64,000 bases of DNA from a bacterium (GTDB lineage Bacteria; UBP6; UBA1177), in the NCBI GenBank assembly GCA_017405875.1, contig JAFQZM010000033.1, positions 45,549 to 109,548 of the forward strand, written 5' to 3'. Made by a program: the position numbers and the translations under genes. Positions 29,067-39,114 of this stretch are shown piece after piece. The notes beneath the pieces were generated by a model. That model was not told where the DNA came from and did not search any database. It worked only from the letters and a program-made list of their open reading frames with translations. Numbering within the stretch: position 1 is the first letter of the stretch; every line of letters starts with the position of its first letter.

Positions 29067-30341
29067 CTACGACATCAGAAATTTGGAAAAAACTTCAACG
29101 ACATTCGGATCGAACTGCTTGTTGACGTTCTTTTTCAGTTCGCTCAAAGCCTCTTCCTGCTGTTTTTTTCTGTGGTAAGGACGGTTTGAAGTGATTGCGT
29201 CGTATGCGTCAGCAACGTGCATTATTCTGGAAGCAAGAGGGATTTTCTCGCCTTTAAGACCTTCGGGATAGCCCGAACCGTCCTGATTTTCGTGGTGATA
29301 AAGAACGTAGTAGGCAATCTTATCCATGCCGGCGACTTTGTTGAGTATGTCGTAGCTTCTCTGCGGATGTGCCTTTACGTTCAGCCACTCTTCTTCGGTA
29401 AGTTTTTCGCGCTTGCGGTAAACCGAGCGGTTTCCGGCGAGTTTGCCGATGTCGTGCAGGAACGAAGCCCAGCGGATAGCCAGAATCTCGCTTTCGTTAA
29501 GTTTCATCAGGTAAGCCATCTGAACCGAAAGTTCTGCAACACGCAGAGAGTGGTTGTATTCGGACGAAGTCAGATTGTCGGCAATCGATGCCACCATTTT
29601 GAAAAAGCGGTTGAGAGTATCGGGCGAAGAAAGCAGATGGTGATCCGTCATCTCTTTTTTCAGCTCCGCCATGCTTTTTTCGACAGCTTCACTGCTTTTA
29701 ACCGCGTCAAAAAGCGCCTCGTTTTTAACAAGGTCAACGAAAATTTTATAAATTTCAGGGTCGAACTCTTCTTCTAAAAAAATTCCGAGAAGCGAGATGA
29801 TTTCATCGGGATCGTCCACGGAATGAACCTGAGCCGCTATTTCAACCGCGTCAGCCACTCTGATTATGCGCGAGCAGAGCGGTATTTTATCGCCTTTCAG
29901 ACCTTTAGGAAAACCGGTGCCGTCGTAAAACTCGTGATGCGTTCCGACGATCTCGCTGATATTTCTGAAAGTCGGGAAAGTGCTGAGTATCGTTTCGCCT
30001 CTGTGCGGATGGACAAAAATACGGAAATTGCTCTTCTGACCGTAAACATCGGGAATCTGGGTCAGAAGGTCGATTACGTGGCCTCCCACCATGACTCCGC
30101 CGATATCGTGAAGCAGAGAGGCAAAAAACAGCTCTTTCATCGAATTTTTGTCGAGATTAAGCTTTTTGCCTATTCTGCACGCCATGATGCAGACTTTCCA
30201 GCTGTGATAAATTTCGCTGCCGGAATTGTCGAGCTCGCACGCTTTGACGAACTCAGAGACAAAATCGGCAGCGAAAGAGGAAGGAAAATCTATATCCTGT
30301 ATAGGCAGTTGAGTGAGTCTTGCCTGCGGGTAAATAGTCAA
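29067..30341 (-). CDS. Tandem HD-GYP domain phosphodiesterase
   Basis: Two HD-GYP units: HDIG...HHEFYDGTGFP and HDIGK...HHENQDGSGYP. Confidence 0.92.
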   Translation of the reverse strand: MTIYPQARLTQLPIQDIDFPSSFAADFVSEFVKACELDNSGSEIYHSWKVCIMACRIGKKLNLDKNSMKELFFASLLHDIGGVMVGGHVIDLLTQIPDVYGQKSNFRIFVHPHRGETILSTFPTFRNISEIVGTHHEFYDGTGFPKGLKGDKIPLCSRIIRVADAVEIAAQVHSVDDPDEIISLLGIFLEEEFDPEIYKIFVDLVKNEALFDAVKSSEAVEKSMAELKKEMTDHHLLSSPDTLNRFFKMVASIADNLTSSEYNHSLRVAELSVQMAYLMKLNESEILAIRWASFLHDIGKLAGNRSVYRKREKLTEEEWLNVKAHPQRSYDILNKVAGMDKIAYYVLYHHENQDGSGYPEGLKGEKIPLASRIMHVADAYDAITSNRPYHRKKQQEEALSELKKNVNKQFDPNVVEVFSKFLMS

Positions 30342-30758
30342 TTAAAGTGCTCCAAGCTGTTTAATTACACCCTGCCAGCGGATCAGCTTCTTTTCCGATT
30401 CTTCAACGATCGAAACAACGTGTTCGAGGTTGTTGAACGGTTTGAGAAGGAAATCGTTTGCGCCGTTTTCAAGAGCAGCGATAACTCTGTCCGTCGTAGC
30501 GTAAGCGCTCATCATGATGATCTGAGTAAGACCGTTGACCTCTTTCATCATGCTGAGAGCGGAAAGACCGTCCATGTTCGGCATGGTGATATCGACAAGG
30601 GCGATGTGAACGATGTTGTTTCTCATGTATTCAATAGCTGCAGCAGGATTGCTGTTCGTAACGACGTTGTAGCCTTTGTCTTCGAGAAGTCTGCGGAGGC
30701 TGGAAAGAATACTCTCTTCGTCGTCAATGATAAGAACGTTGATGTTTTTATTGCTCAT
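30342..30758 (-). CDS. Response regulator (receiver domain plus short helix)
   Basis: LIIDDE, DITMPNMDG, MSAY, FLLKPF. Confidence 0.93.
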   Translation of the reverse strand: MSNKNINVLIIDDEESILSSLRRLLEDKGYNVVTNSNPAAAIEYMRNNIVHIALVDITMPNMDGLSALSMMKEVNGLTQIIMMSAYATTDRVIAALENGANDFLLKPFNNLEHVVSIVEESEKKLIRWQGVIKQLGAL

Positions 30759-30773
30759 AGTTGCCTCCAAACC

Positions 30774-31358
30774 TTAGAAGTTAAAGAAAGTTTTAACAAC
30801 ATTTCTGGAATCAAGCATCTTTACGATCGATTTGTAGTTGTTCCAGAAATAAACTTTTTCAGCGTAATCGGTAACCGATTTTTCGTTGAGAGTTATCGTG
30901 TCAATAACTTTTACGAGAATTCTGAAACCGGTTTTTCCATAAATATAGTCGCTGAGATCTTTTGCAGGGAAAGAGTGTGCAAGAACCGTAAGAACGACAC
31001 TGCTTCTAAGGTAAGTAACAAAACCTGCAAGCGTTTTCGGAGCAAACTCTTCGATGAAAGCCGCGCCGCACTTCATGATTTTGTTGATGGTTTTTTCTTC
31101 TTCCTTGAAAAGCGTCGTGATCGGCTCGTAAAGGAAATGCTTGTCGTTAAGATTATAATGATAAGCGTTGCCGACCTGTTCTCTCAAAACAAGACCGGTT
31201 TCGATAAGGAAATCGAGAGCTTTTTTGTTTGAGTTAGGATTCGTGCTGCTGAGAACGGCGATTTTTCTGCCGGTGTAATTCTGTCTGTTGACGAGAATTC
31301 TGATGATGTCTACTTTCGCTCTTGAACCGAGCAAGTAGGAAAGCGGTAAATAAGTCAT
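30774..31358 (-). CDS. Winged-helix DNA-binding protein with unidentified C-terminal domain
   Basis: LLGSRAKVDIIRIL...TGRKIA...ALDFLIETGLVLREQVGNAYHYNLN is a wHTH pattern; GGAGG RBS. Confidence 0.7.
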   Translation of the reverse strand: MTYLPLSYLLGSRAKVDIIRILVNRQNYTGRKIAVLSSTNPNSNKKALDFLIETGLVLREQVGNAYHYNLNDKHFLYEPITTLFKEEEKTINKIMKCGAAFIEEFAPKTLAGFVTYLRSSVVLTVLAHSFPAKDLSDYIYGKTGFRILVKVIDTITLNEKSVTDYAEKVYFWNNYKSIVKMLDSRNVVKTFFNF

Positions 31359-31412
31359 TGTGACCTCCTATTAAAAATAATGAGTTAAAAGAGCCTTGGA
31401 AAAAAACAGGAA

Positions 31413-31440
31413 ATTATAGAGTTTAGCAGATTCAAGTCAA
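31413..31440 (-). promoter_or_regulatory. Putative sigma-70 promoter for the wHTH-REC-HD-GYP operon
   Basis: TTGACT-16 nt-TATAAT on the minus strand. Confidence 0.5.
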
Positions 31441-31529
31441 CAAAAAATAAACAAAAAACCGAGATTTTTTGAAATAAATAAAACAAATGCTGATTTGTAA
31501 AGGCAGATATGTATCAAAAAAAATTCCTG

Positions 31530-32570
31530 CTAAAGAATGAGCATCGAATCGCCGTAAGAATAAAAACGGTATCTGTTTTCGACTGCCTCTTTGTATGCGT
31601 TCATGACGAATTCGCGTCCGGCAAACGCTGAAATCATCATAAGCAGAGTGCTGCACGGAAGGTGAAAGTTCGTAAGTATGCGGTCGGTAAAGCGGAATTC
31701 ATATCCCGGATAAATAAAAATTCCCGTCTCCTTGTCGCACGCTTCGATCCTGCCGGAATCTACAGCCGCACTCTCCAAAGCCCTGACTGTCGTCGTTCCG
31801 ACAGCAAGGATTTTTCTTCCCGCAGCCTTGTCCGCATTGAGTCTGGCAGCGGTCGCTCCGTCGATCACGAAATGTTCCTTGTGCATAGTGTGTTCTTCGA
31901 CCTTTTCGCTTTTTACCGGAAGAAATGTTCCGAGACCTACATCCAAAACGACGTTTTCAACGTGGCCGCCCGTGATTTCGCGGATTTTTTCGATTATTTC
32001 GCGGCTGAAATGAAGCCCGGCAGTCGGTGCCGCGACAGAACCGGCAGTTTCAGCATAAACAGTCTGGTACTTTTCTTTATCGTCAGGTCTGCTGTGCTTT
32101 TCGTTGCGCCTTTTCAAAATGTAGGGAGGAAGCGGAATGTCGCCGAATTTGTCGAGATATTCCAAAAGTTTTTCACTGTTTTCGGAAAATCTGACTTCCG
32201 CAAACTGCTCGTTTCTTGAAGTAAGTTCGGCCGTAAGTCCGTGCGGAAACGAAACGACTTCTCCTTTGTCAATGTGTTTCGAACACTTGACCATAACCTG
32301 CCACAATCCGTTCTGCAGCGCCTTAAGAAGCAGGAATTCTACTCTTCCGCCGCTTGACCTCTGTCCGAAAATACGCGCAGGAATGACTTTCGTCGAATTG
32401 AAAACGACAGTCGTATTTCCGTCGATATAATCGGTTATCGCGCTGAAATCGGAGTGTGTTATAGAATTCTTACTTCTGTCGAGAACCATCATTTTTCCCG
32501 TTCCGCGCGCTGCCGGATCGTCCGCTATCAGCTCTTCGGGAAGTTCGTAGTTAAAAATTCCGGTATCCAT
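31530..32570 (-). CDS. queA: SAM:tRNA ribosyltransferase-isomerase
   Basis: FNYELPEELIA, PLPPYI, YQTVYA, SVAAPTAGLHF, VGTTTVRALE, NFHLP, YSYGD. Confidence 0.97.
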   Translation of the reverse strand: MDTGIFNYELPEELIADDPAARGTGKMMVLDRSKNSITHSDFSAITDYIDGNTTVVFNSTKVIPARIFGQRSSGGRVEFLLLKALQNGLWQVMVKCSKHIDKGEVVSFPHGLTAELTSRNEQFAEVRFSENSEKLLEYLDKFGDIPLPPYILKRRNEKHSRPDDKEKYQTVYAETAGSVAAPTAGLHFSREIIEKIREITGGHVENVVLDVGLGTFLPVKSEKVEEHTMHKEHFVIDGATAARLNADKAAGRKILAVGTTTVRALESAAVDSGRIEACDKETGIFIYPGYEFRFTDRILTNFHLPCSTLLMMISAFAGREFVMNAYKEAVENRYRFYSYGDSMLIL

Positions 32571-32587
32571 TTTTCCGCCTTAAAAAG

Positions 32588-33892
32588 TTATTGAAAATCT
32601 ATTTTTGTTTCGTAACGGCCAAGCTCTGCCTCGCTTTCAGCGTTTCCTGCATAAAAAATTCTCATGCCGCAGCCAAGGAGGGCAAGCGTTTTCAGAGCCT
32701 TTTTTCTCGCTTCGTCGTATTTTGAAGTGAAAAAGAAGATCGTTGAGGCGCCCCGCCCTGCTTCAAAAAGGGTTTCGAGGCAGTTTTCGAATTTGTTTCC
32801 GGCATCGTTTTCAGCAAGAGCAAGCGTAGAGAGGGCATTTGAAAAACTTTTTTTCGAGCTGTCGGTAATTTCATGAGATTCCCTGCCTAAAAAAAGAATC
32901 TGCGGAAGATTTTCCTCCCGCTCCATCGCGTTCAAAAGCGAAGCCGCCGCCGAAAGGACTTCTTCAAAATCTTCGCTGTAGTGCTCTTCAAAAAAATTGT
33001 CGACAAAAACGACAGAACCCGAATCGACCTCTTTGTAAAACTCTTTTGTACGCAGCTCTCCGCTTTTTGCGCTCGATTTCCAGTGAATGTTCCTTATCGA
33101 ATCACCCGGAACGAAATCGCGGAGAGATTTCAGCTCGAAACCGCTTCCCGTTTCCTGCATTTCGCGAGTTTTTTCGTTTTTTTCATTTACCGAATCCCCT
33201 TCGGTTTCGGGAATTTCAAACGACTCCTTTATTTCGGGAAGAACAAGAAAACTACCGGGATTCGGAACGATTTTTCCTCTTTTCAAAAGCCCGAAGATCC
33301 CTTTGTGAAAGATGTATGCGCCTTCGAAAGCGATTTTTCCGCGTCTGTCGGGCACAAAAGAGGCGTCAAACAGGATCCCGCCGTCGGTTTTCCTGCCTGT
33401 AACGGCAAATTCTTCATATTTTCCGCCGCAGTTTTTATCGATCAGCCACTTCCAGCGGTAGTAACCCATCTTCCGGTCAAAGGCGTTGCGCTTCTCTTCG
33501 CCCGGCTCTTTCGTCGCTGAAAAAACTTCAAAAGTGGGTATCGGAGCAGCCGGAACTTCGGAATAAAAAAGATTTTCGAAATCCGCCTTGTCACTTTTTG
33601 CCCGCATTATCACAGGATATTTCACCTCTTTTCCCCTTGACGCGCACTCCGGCAGAAACCTTTCGAACTCAAAGGCGAAAGATTTGAACGCAAGCGATAC
33701 CGCATCGGTAATAAGGAGTGCAAGAGAGGCGGCAAAAACGACGAAAAGCATACTCGAATGAGTGTTCAAACCGAAAAAAACAAGGGCAAACGCGCATAAA
33801 ACGAGCACTTTTCCTGCTGAAGTGAACTTTCTTTCGATTTTTTCATTCAGCCTGTAAGTCGCCGAATACCACTTGTAGTGCCGCTTTTTCAC
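32588..33892 (-). CDS. DUF58 domain membrane protein
   Basis: N-terminal TMs; LRDFVPGDSIRNIHWKSSAK motif. Confidence 0.88.
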   Translation of the reverse strand: MKKRHYKWYSATYRLNEKIERKFTSAGKVLVLCAFALVFFGLNTHSSMLFVVFAASLALLITDAVSLAFKSFAFEFERFLPECASRGKEVKYPVIMRAKSDKADFENLFYSEVPAAPIPTFEVFSATKEPGEEKRNAFDRKMGYYRWKWLIDKNCGGKYEEFAVTGRKTDGGILFDASFVPDRRGKIAFEGAYIFHKGIFGLLKRGKIVPNPGSFLVLPEIKESFEIPETEGDSVNEKNEKTREMQETGSGFELKSLRDFVPGDSIRNIHWKSSAKSGELRTKEFYKEVDSGSVVFVDNFFEEHYSEDFEEVLSAAASLLNAMEREENLPQILFLGRESHEITDSSKKSFSNALSTLALAENDAGNKFENCLETLFEAGRGASTIFFFTSKYDEARKKALKTLALLGCGMRIFYAGNAESEAELGRYETKIDFQ

Positions 33893-33917
33893 GCTTTCAC
33901 CATTAAGAACGCAAACT

Positions 33918-36900
33918 TTATTTTCTCATTCTGAGGATGTTGGCAACTCTGTCGTTTATGTCGATATCTCCGTCGTAGAACTGAGAAACTATCGGAATAT
34001 TGAGAGTGTTCTTTATTTCCTGGAAGATCGAATCGGTGATAGTTCCGTGCATGCAGCCGAAAGGAGCTACGTTTACGATCATCGAAGCACCCTGTTTTAC
34101 AAATTCGACCGCGCGTCCGACTGTAAGGATCGCCTCACCGACGAATTCGGGATGGAGATACTTCATTCCATCTTCGAGAGTATCTTTTATCGAGGGTTCG
34201 CGTCTGTCGTGTAGTATCTTGTCAGCCGCTTTGTAGTATGCATCATCGAAGTGTGAGACGTAAAGGTTTTTGATGAGCGATTCGCCTCTTCCGAAAAGGG
34301 AGAACGCCTTCTGTTTCGCCATGAAATCCTGAACCCAGACAGTGTAGATGAGCCACTCGAAAAGCGGAGCAAGCCAAGCCTCGCCGCCGTTTTCTTCGAT
34401 TACACGGATAAGATCTCCGTTCGCACAGGCGTTGCTTCTGACGTATATTTCACCGACTATTCCGACAAGCGGCTTCTTCCCGCTGTAGCGCGGGATCCTG
34501 CTGATTTCCGAAGCAAGTTCTTCAACAACAGGAAGCGGATTTTTCTTCTGCTCGAAGACTTTTTCCAAGGTTTTCATAGCTTTTTCAATAAAAGCATCGA
34601 CATCGCCTTTCGTTTTTTCGTAAGGTCTTGTTCTTGTCGACATTTTCATAAGCACGTCGCTCGTGATTACTGAATGCATCAGGTATCTTCTGAGCTGTTC
34701 TTCTACTCCCTGATACGAATTTATGCTTGAAGGAGCAAGAATATCGATGTTGTCAAGCCCCAGATGCTCGAAGGCGATGCGCTCAAGCATGTTGTACTGC
34801 CCCAGTCTGCACGGTCCTTCCGAAGATGGCATGAAGAAAGTGTGCTGTTTTCCAGGCTCTTTTTTGACCTGATTCAGAAAAGCACCCAGGGTGAGGATCA
34901 TCGGCAGACACTCCTGACCTCTGACATATTTTTTTCCGGTGACAAGATCGTGCTTCGTTTCAAGCGGGATAGCCTGCGCATCGTAGCCGAAAGCGCGGAA
35001 TGCCGCGGCGAAAAGAGGAGTTCCCATGTGCATAGGCGGAATCCATATCTTCCCGGGTTTGAGTCCTTTATTTGCAAGATAAATATCGGGAAGCGGCTGC
35101 TCGTTCGGTTTTTCCCTGTTTTTCATGTACCCCTTGACGACATCGATGAAAGCTTCTATTCGTGTGAGATATCCGCCGTCGCTGTCATGTTCGTCAAGTT
35201 CCAGAATAAGCATGGGTCTTCCTTTCATTTCGTTTTCGGCAAACGAAAGAATGAAGCTGTCTGGGCCGCATGAGAAGTTGGTGAGGTATATTGGAAAAAC
35301 ATTTTCTTCTTTTTTCGCCCGTTTCAGCGCCGCGATGATTTTCTGACCGTAATTCCAGAATAAATTCCAGTAGTTGGTATCAGCCAGCGAGCCGACATTT
35401 ATCTTCATCATGTCGATCGGAAGGACGTTGAAACCCATTCCCGCGATAGTTTCAGGAATTCCGAGGTTTATCCCTTTGTCGTAAAGGTTGTACGGACGAC
35501 CGACAAGCAGGAACAGCGGTTTGTTTGATTTCTGCGCGTTTTTAAGGAGCGCTTCACCTTCATCGATAAGCCTTGTAGTTTCGCTTCTGTAGTAATCTCG
35601 CGCCTCTTTCCATGCCTTGCGGACCTGTCTTTCCTTGAGTGACGGGAAGAAGGGCTCAAGTGCCTTGAAAATAAGCGTTCCGTTTTTGTCATCCGGCATT
35701 CTGAAATCGATGACGGGATCGATTATTTTTGTCTTCGGATCAAGCCCGTTCTTTTCCATAACGGTCGAAATTATCGACGGGTTGCTCTGGACGTAAGGGC
35801 AGAAGAAGCTGATAGCCGTTTTTACGTTGTCGCCCGCCGAAATGAGTGTCGGGAAGAAAACCGGCAGATTTTTGTTCGTCAGATCGAGCGTGTGACCGAT
35901 TGACGTTTTGACCGGAAAACAGAAATCCGATGCCGAATATTTTGAGGAAAGCCCTTTTATTTCATGCGTCGTCTGAGTAGCAGAAACGACGGTTTCGATA
36001 TTCAAAAGCGAGAACATCTTTTTCCAGAGCGGAAGGAAGGTCCAGCTTGAGACTGCAAGCGGGATCCCCACTTTTCCGATCGACTCTTTTTCCGTGAGAA
36101 AGTTTTTGAAAAATGATGAATTTCTGTGTTTTATAAGCTCGAACTCTTTTATTTCCTTTCTGACCGGTGTTTCGGGGTCTCTGCCGCAGCCGTAACCCCA
36201 CGACGATTCTCTGCCGCCTTTTTCGGAAATGTGGTTGATCCTGCAGAAGTTACTGCAGAGTTTGCATGTCTCAGTCCTTGACGTTACTTCGATAGTTGCC
36301 GCCTCAGCGCCTCTGAATGCAGATTTCTTTGTTTCGCCGGTTGCAGAGACTTCTTCAAAAGCCGCCAGAGCCGCGCCGATGCAGCCCATGACGTGACAGA
36401 AGGGAGAAACTACTATCTCAACTCCCAAAAGGTTTTCGAATGCCGCAACAAGCCCTTTGTTACGCGCCGTTGCACCCTGGAAGAATATTTTGTCCTTGCT
36501 GATTTTGCGGTTTCCTACGACTCTGTTGAGATAGTTTTTGACAACTGAGTAATGGACTGCAGCAAGGACTTCGTTTTTGTCAAAACCCTGCTGCAGAAGT
36601 GCACGGATATCCTGTTCCATAAAGACTGTGCAGCGGTCGCTCGTTACTGGCGGAGCAACGTGTTCTGTGAGTTTTCCTGCAAGATTTATCGGGATTCCGA
36701 GCTTTCTCGCCTGTTCCTCGACGAAAGAACCAGTGCCTGCCGCGCAGACGTAGTTCATGTTGACATCGGTCACGAAACCGTGCGAAAGTCTTATGAATTT
36801 TGCGTCCTGACCGCCTATTTCAAAAATCGTTTCGACTTCCGGGAATATCGAAGCGGTTCCTTTTGCGTGAGCTGTGATCTCGTTTATTATCGCATCGGCA

Positions 36901-38039
36901 CCGAAAATTATACCGGAAAGTTTTCTGCCGGAGCCGGTCGTTCCGAATGCGCGTACCGTCGTTTTTTCAGGATCTATGAGCGAATACAAGGCTTTGAAGA
37001 GCTTTTTCGCCGAATTTACGGGGTCTCCGCCCGTTTTTCTGTAAATGTCTAAAATCGGCTCTCCTTTGAGGTCAAGCAGAGCGATCTTCGTGCTTGTTGA
37101 ACCGATATCCATGCCGAGAATTGCTTCGGGAATTTCGCGGTAATTTGCCTTGTGGATCCTTATTTCGTTGTTTTCGTCATCAAGAGTCGGCTCTGTAAAC
37201 TGCGGGTAAATGCTTTTTTTCAGCGTGAGCGGCGGCATCTTTTCAAAATTTGCGGAATGAGAAAATTTATCGGGATCGATATCTGCAATTTTTATGCATG
37301 CACTCTCAGTAGCTCCTTTAGCCACAAAGGCTTCGCTGAACTCGGGAACGAGCCACTCGGAAGTCGGGAAAAGGGTCCTGAACCAGCGGACGACCTCTTT
37401 ATTCAGACTGACTCCGCCGATAAGAAGGAAGTTTCCTTTGATTTCAAGCCCTTTGAAAAGTGTGTTCGTCGCCGAAATGACGAGCGCGCGGCACATCCCC
37501 GCCCACATTTCGTCTTTCGTGCGTCCTTCCTGCTGATGGTGAATGAGATCGCTTTTTGCAAAAACGGTGCATCTGCTTGCAACCGACGGCGGATCGGTTA
37601 TCTCAAGCGGCGGCATGTTTTCAAGGTCGATGGAAAGCCTTTCAGCCTGCTCTTCCAGAAAAAGCCCTGTTCCGGAAGCGCATAGCGAATTTGACGAAAT
37701 ATCTGAAATCGTACCCGATTTTATCACATATTTTTTGAGCGACGATGCACCGATACTGATTATCGCAAAATCTGATCCGTCAAAAAATTTCTCATTTTTG
37801 AGTGCCGCGTTTATCGCCTCAGCCTCTGAAATGCAGAGGTCTTTGACAACTCCTGAAAATTCGGCAGCCGTTTTTCCCGTAAAACGGACTAAAGTATCAC
37901 TATCCGTATCTGCAAAAATCTTTTTCAGCGATTCCGATATTTTTCCGCTGTGTCTCGCACGGAAAACGACTTTATTTTTATTCTGCGAAAAAACGGTGAT
38001 GAATGTCGAACCGATATCAATTCCAAGACGCTCCTGCAT
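33918..38039 (-). CDS. 2-hydroxyacyl-CoA dehydratase activase-like protein (two BcrAD/BadFG ATPase domains plus DUF2229-like regions)
   Basis: GIDIGST and GMDIGSTSTK, CASGTG / CAAGTGSF, RCTVF twice, EIGGQD, CFPVK, NFSCGPD, GPCRLGQY, PFGCM. Confidence 0.9.
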   Translation of the reverse strand: MQERLGIDIGSTFITVFSQNKNKVVFRARHSGKISESLKKIFADTDSDTLVRFTGKTAAEFSGVVKDLCISEAEAINAALKNEKFFDGSDFAIISIGASSLKKYVIKSGTISDISSNSLCASGTGLFLEEQAERLSIDLENMPPLEITDPPSVASRCTVFAKSDLIHHQQEGRTKDEMWAGMCRALVISATNTLFKGLEIKGNFLLIGGVSLNKEVVRWFRTLFPTSEWLVPEFSEAFVAKGATESACIKIADIDPDKFSHSANFEKMPPLTLKKSIYPQFTEPTLDDENNEIRIHKANYREIPEAILGMDIGSTSTKIALLDLKGEPILDIYRKTGGDPVNSAKKLFKALYSLIDPEKTTVRAFGTTGSGRKLSGIIFGADAIINEITAHAKGTASIFPEVETIFEIGGQDAKFIRLSHGFVTDVNMNYVCAAGTGSFVEEQARKLGIPINLAGKLTEHVAPPVTSDRCTVFMEQDIRALLQQGFDKNEVLAAVHYSVVKNYLNRVVGNRKISKDKIFFQGATARNKGLVAAFENLLGVEIVVSPFCHVMGCIGAALAAFEEVSATGETKKSAFRGAEAATIEVTSRTETCKLCSNFCRINHISEKGGRESSWGYGCGRDPETPVRKEIKEFELIKHRNSSFFKNFLTEKESIGKVGIPLAVSSWTFLPLWKKMFSLLNIETVVSATQTTHEIKGLSSKYSASDFCFPVKTSIGHTLDLTNKNLPVFFPTLISAGDNVKTAISFFCPYVQSNPSIISTVMEKNGLDPKTKIIDPVIDFRMPDDKNGTLIFKALEPFFPSLKERQVRKAWKEARDYYRSETTRLIDEGEALLKNAQKSNKPLFLLVGRPYNLYDKGINLGIPETIAGMGFNVLPIDMMKINVGSLADTNYWNLFWNYGQKIIAALKRAKKEENVFPIYLTNFSCGPDSFILSFAENEMKGRPMLILELDEHDSDGGYLTRIEAFIDVVKGYMKNREKPNEQPLPDIYLANKGLKPGKIWIPPMHMGTPLFAAAFRAFGYDAQAIPLETKHDLVTGKKYVRGQECLPMILTLGAFLNQVKKEPGKQHTFFMPSSEGPCRLGQYNMLERIAFEHLGLDNIDILAPSSINSYQGVEEQLRRYLMHSVITSDVLMKMSTRTRPYEKTKGDVDAFIEKAMKTLEKVFEQKKNPLPVVEELASEISRIPRYSGKKPLVGIVGEIYVRSNACANGDLIRVIEENGGEAWLAPLFEWLIYTVWVQDFMAKQKAFSLFGRGESLIKNLYVSHFDDAYYKAADKILHDRREPSIKDTLEDGMKYLHPEFVGEAILTVGRAVEFVKQGASMIVNVAPFGCMHGTITDSIFQEIKNTLNIPIVSQFYDGDIDINDRVANILRMRK

Positions 38040-38116
38040 TTTTCCTCCAATTACAAAAAAAACAACTGCAACCTTATATTTTTAAAAAATATTATTTCAA
38101 GTGTAATAGGGAAAAT

Positions 38117-38233
38117 CTAGAGGATCTGTTTTCCTTTGACGAAAACTTTTTCGCAGTGGTTGTGAGCGAAGTGATATATCGGGTAGGCGACGCTCGGAGA
38201 ATCCATGATGACGAGGTCAGCGTCTTTACCAAT
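38117..38233 (-). pseudogene. Orphan duplicate of the hutI 3' end (38 codons plus stop)
   Basis: Translates IGKDADLVIMDSPSVAYPIYHFAHNHCEKVFVKGKQIL* versus HutI C-terminus VGKDADIVIMDSSSVAYPIYHFAHNHCEKVFVKGRRIVG*; 38133-38232 matches 40138-40237 at 92/100 nt. Confidence 0.92.
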
Positions 38234-38299
38234 TAGAGGAATAAGTTGAAATAAGCGGAAAAATTTGCGGAGTCGAATTTTTAATTTTGCTCAAAATAG

Positions 38300-38328
38300 T
38301 TGTATTTTCTCTTGTTTTGTGCTAATAT
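38300..38328 (+). promoter_or_regulatory. Putative sigma-70 promoter of the abiE operon
   Basis: TTGTAT-17 nt-TAATAT with an extended -10 TGn. Confidence 0.55.
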
Positions 38329-38349
38329 AAAAATGAAAGAGGGTTTACA

Positions 38350-39114
38350 ATGGATCTTTACAAGGAATTGGTCGCCTTGCGTTGCTTCACCCACAGCGAC
38401 ATGCTTCAAATCACGGGTTCTGAAAGCGCAGCGCAGTGGCAGATAAAAAACTATCTCAAAAAAGGATATATCGAGCGGGTACGGCGCAACTTGTATGCTG
38501 TCGTCAGCATGGAAACAGAGCAACCGATCCCAACCCGTTTTCAAATAGCATCACGCATATCTGACGATGCTTATATATCCCACCACAGCGCGTTTGAGTT
38601 TTACGGATATTCAAATCAAGTGTTTTATGATGTGTATTTCGGAACGGAGAAGAAAGTGCGTCCGTTTGACTACAACGGGCTGAGCTACCAGCCTGTAGTA
38701 TGGCGAGGCAATACAGGTATCGAGGAAACAAAAATCGGAGTGCGTGTCACTTCTCTTGAACGAACAGTGGTAGACAGCATAGCTGATTTTACGAGGATAG
38801 GCGGCTTGGAGGAACTGATGCGGTGTCTTGCCCTGATCCCTTCGCTTGATGGAAAAAAACTCCTTGAAGCGTTGGAAATATACGGGCGTGGACAACTTTA
38901 TCAGAAAGCTGGATATATTCTTGAGGCATACAAGGACGACATGTCGTTGTCGGACGCTTTCTTCAAAAAATGCGCAACGCAGATATCTGCCAGCAAAACG
39001 TATCTGTTCGACAAGCAGGATGATTTTATATTTCATGAAAAATGGATGCTTTATGCACCAAAAGAACTGAAGAAACTCGTTGACAAGGTGGGGGTCGATT
39101 TCAATGCAGTTTGA
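38350..39114 (+). CDS. Type IV TA antitoxin, AbiEi family
   Basis: N-terminal wHTH ending ERVRRNLY, YISHHSAFEFYG, VTSLERTVVD motifs. Confidence 0.9.
   Translation: MDLYKELVALRCFTHSDMLQITGSESAAQWQIKNYLKKGYIERVRRNLYAVVSMETEQPIPTRFQIASRISDDAYISHHSAFEFYGYSNQVFYDVYFGTEKKVRPFDYNGLSYQPVVWRGNTGIEETKIGVRVTSLERTVVDSIADFTRIGGLEELMRCLALIPSLDGKKLLEALEIYGRGQLYQKAGYILEAYKDDMSLSDAFFKKCATQISASKTYLFDKQDDFIFHEKWMLYAPKELKKLVDKVGVDFNAV

Noticed and set aside
29823-31232. 469-aa plus-strand ORF
   Set aside because: Antisense shadow of three motif-supported minus-strand genes; no recognisable motifs.
38133-38232. IS target-site duplication
   Set aside because: The repeat is 100 nt and diverged, far longer than a TSD; no transposase or terminal inverted repeats.
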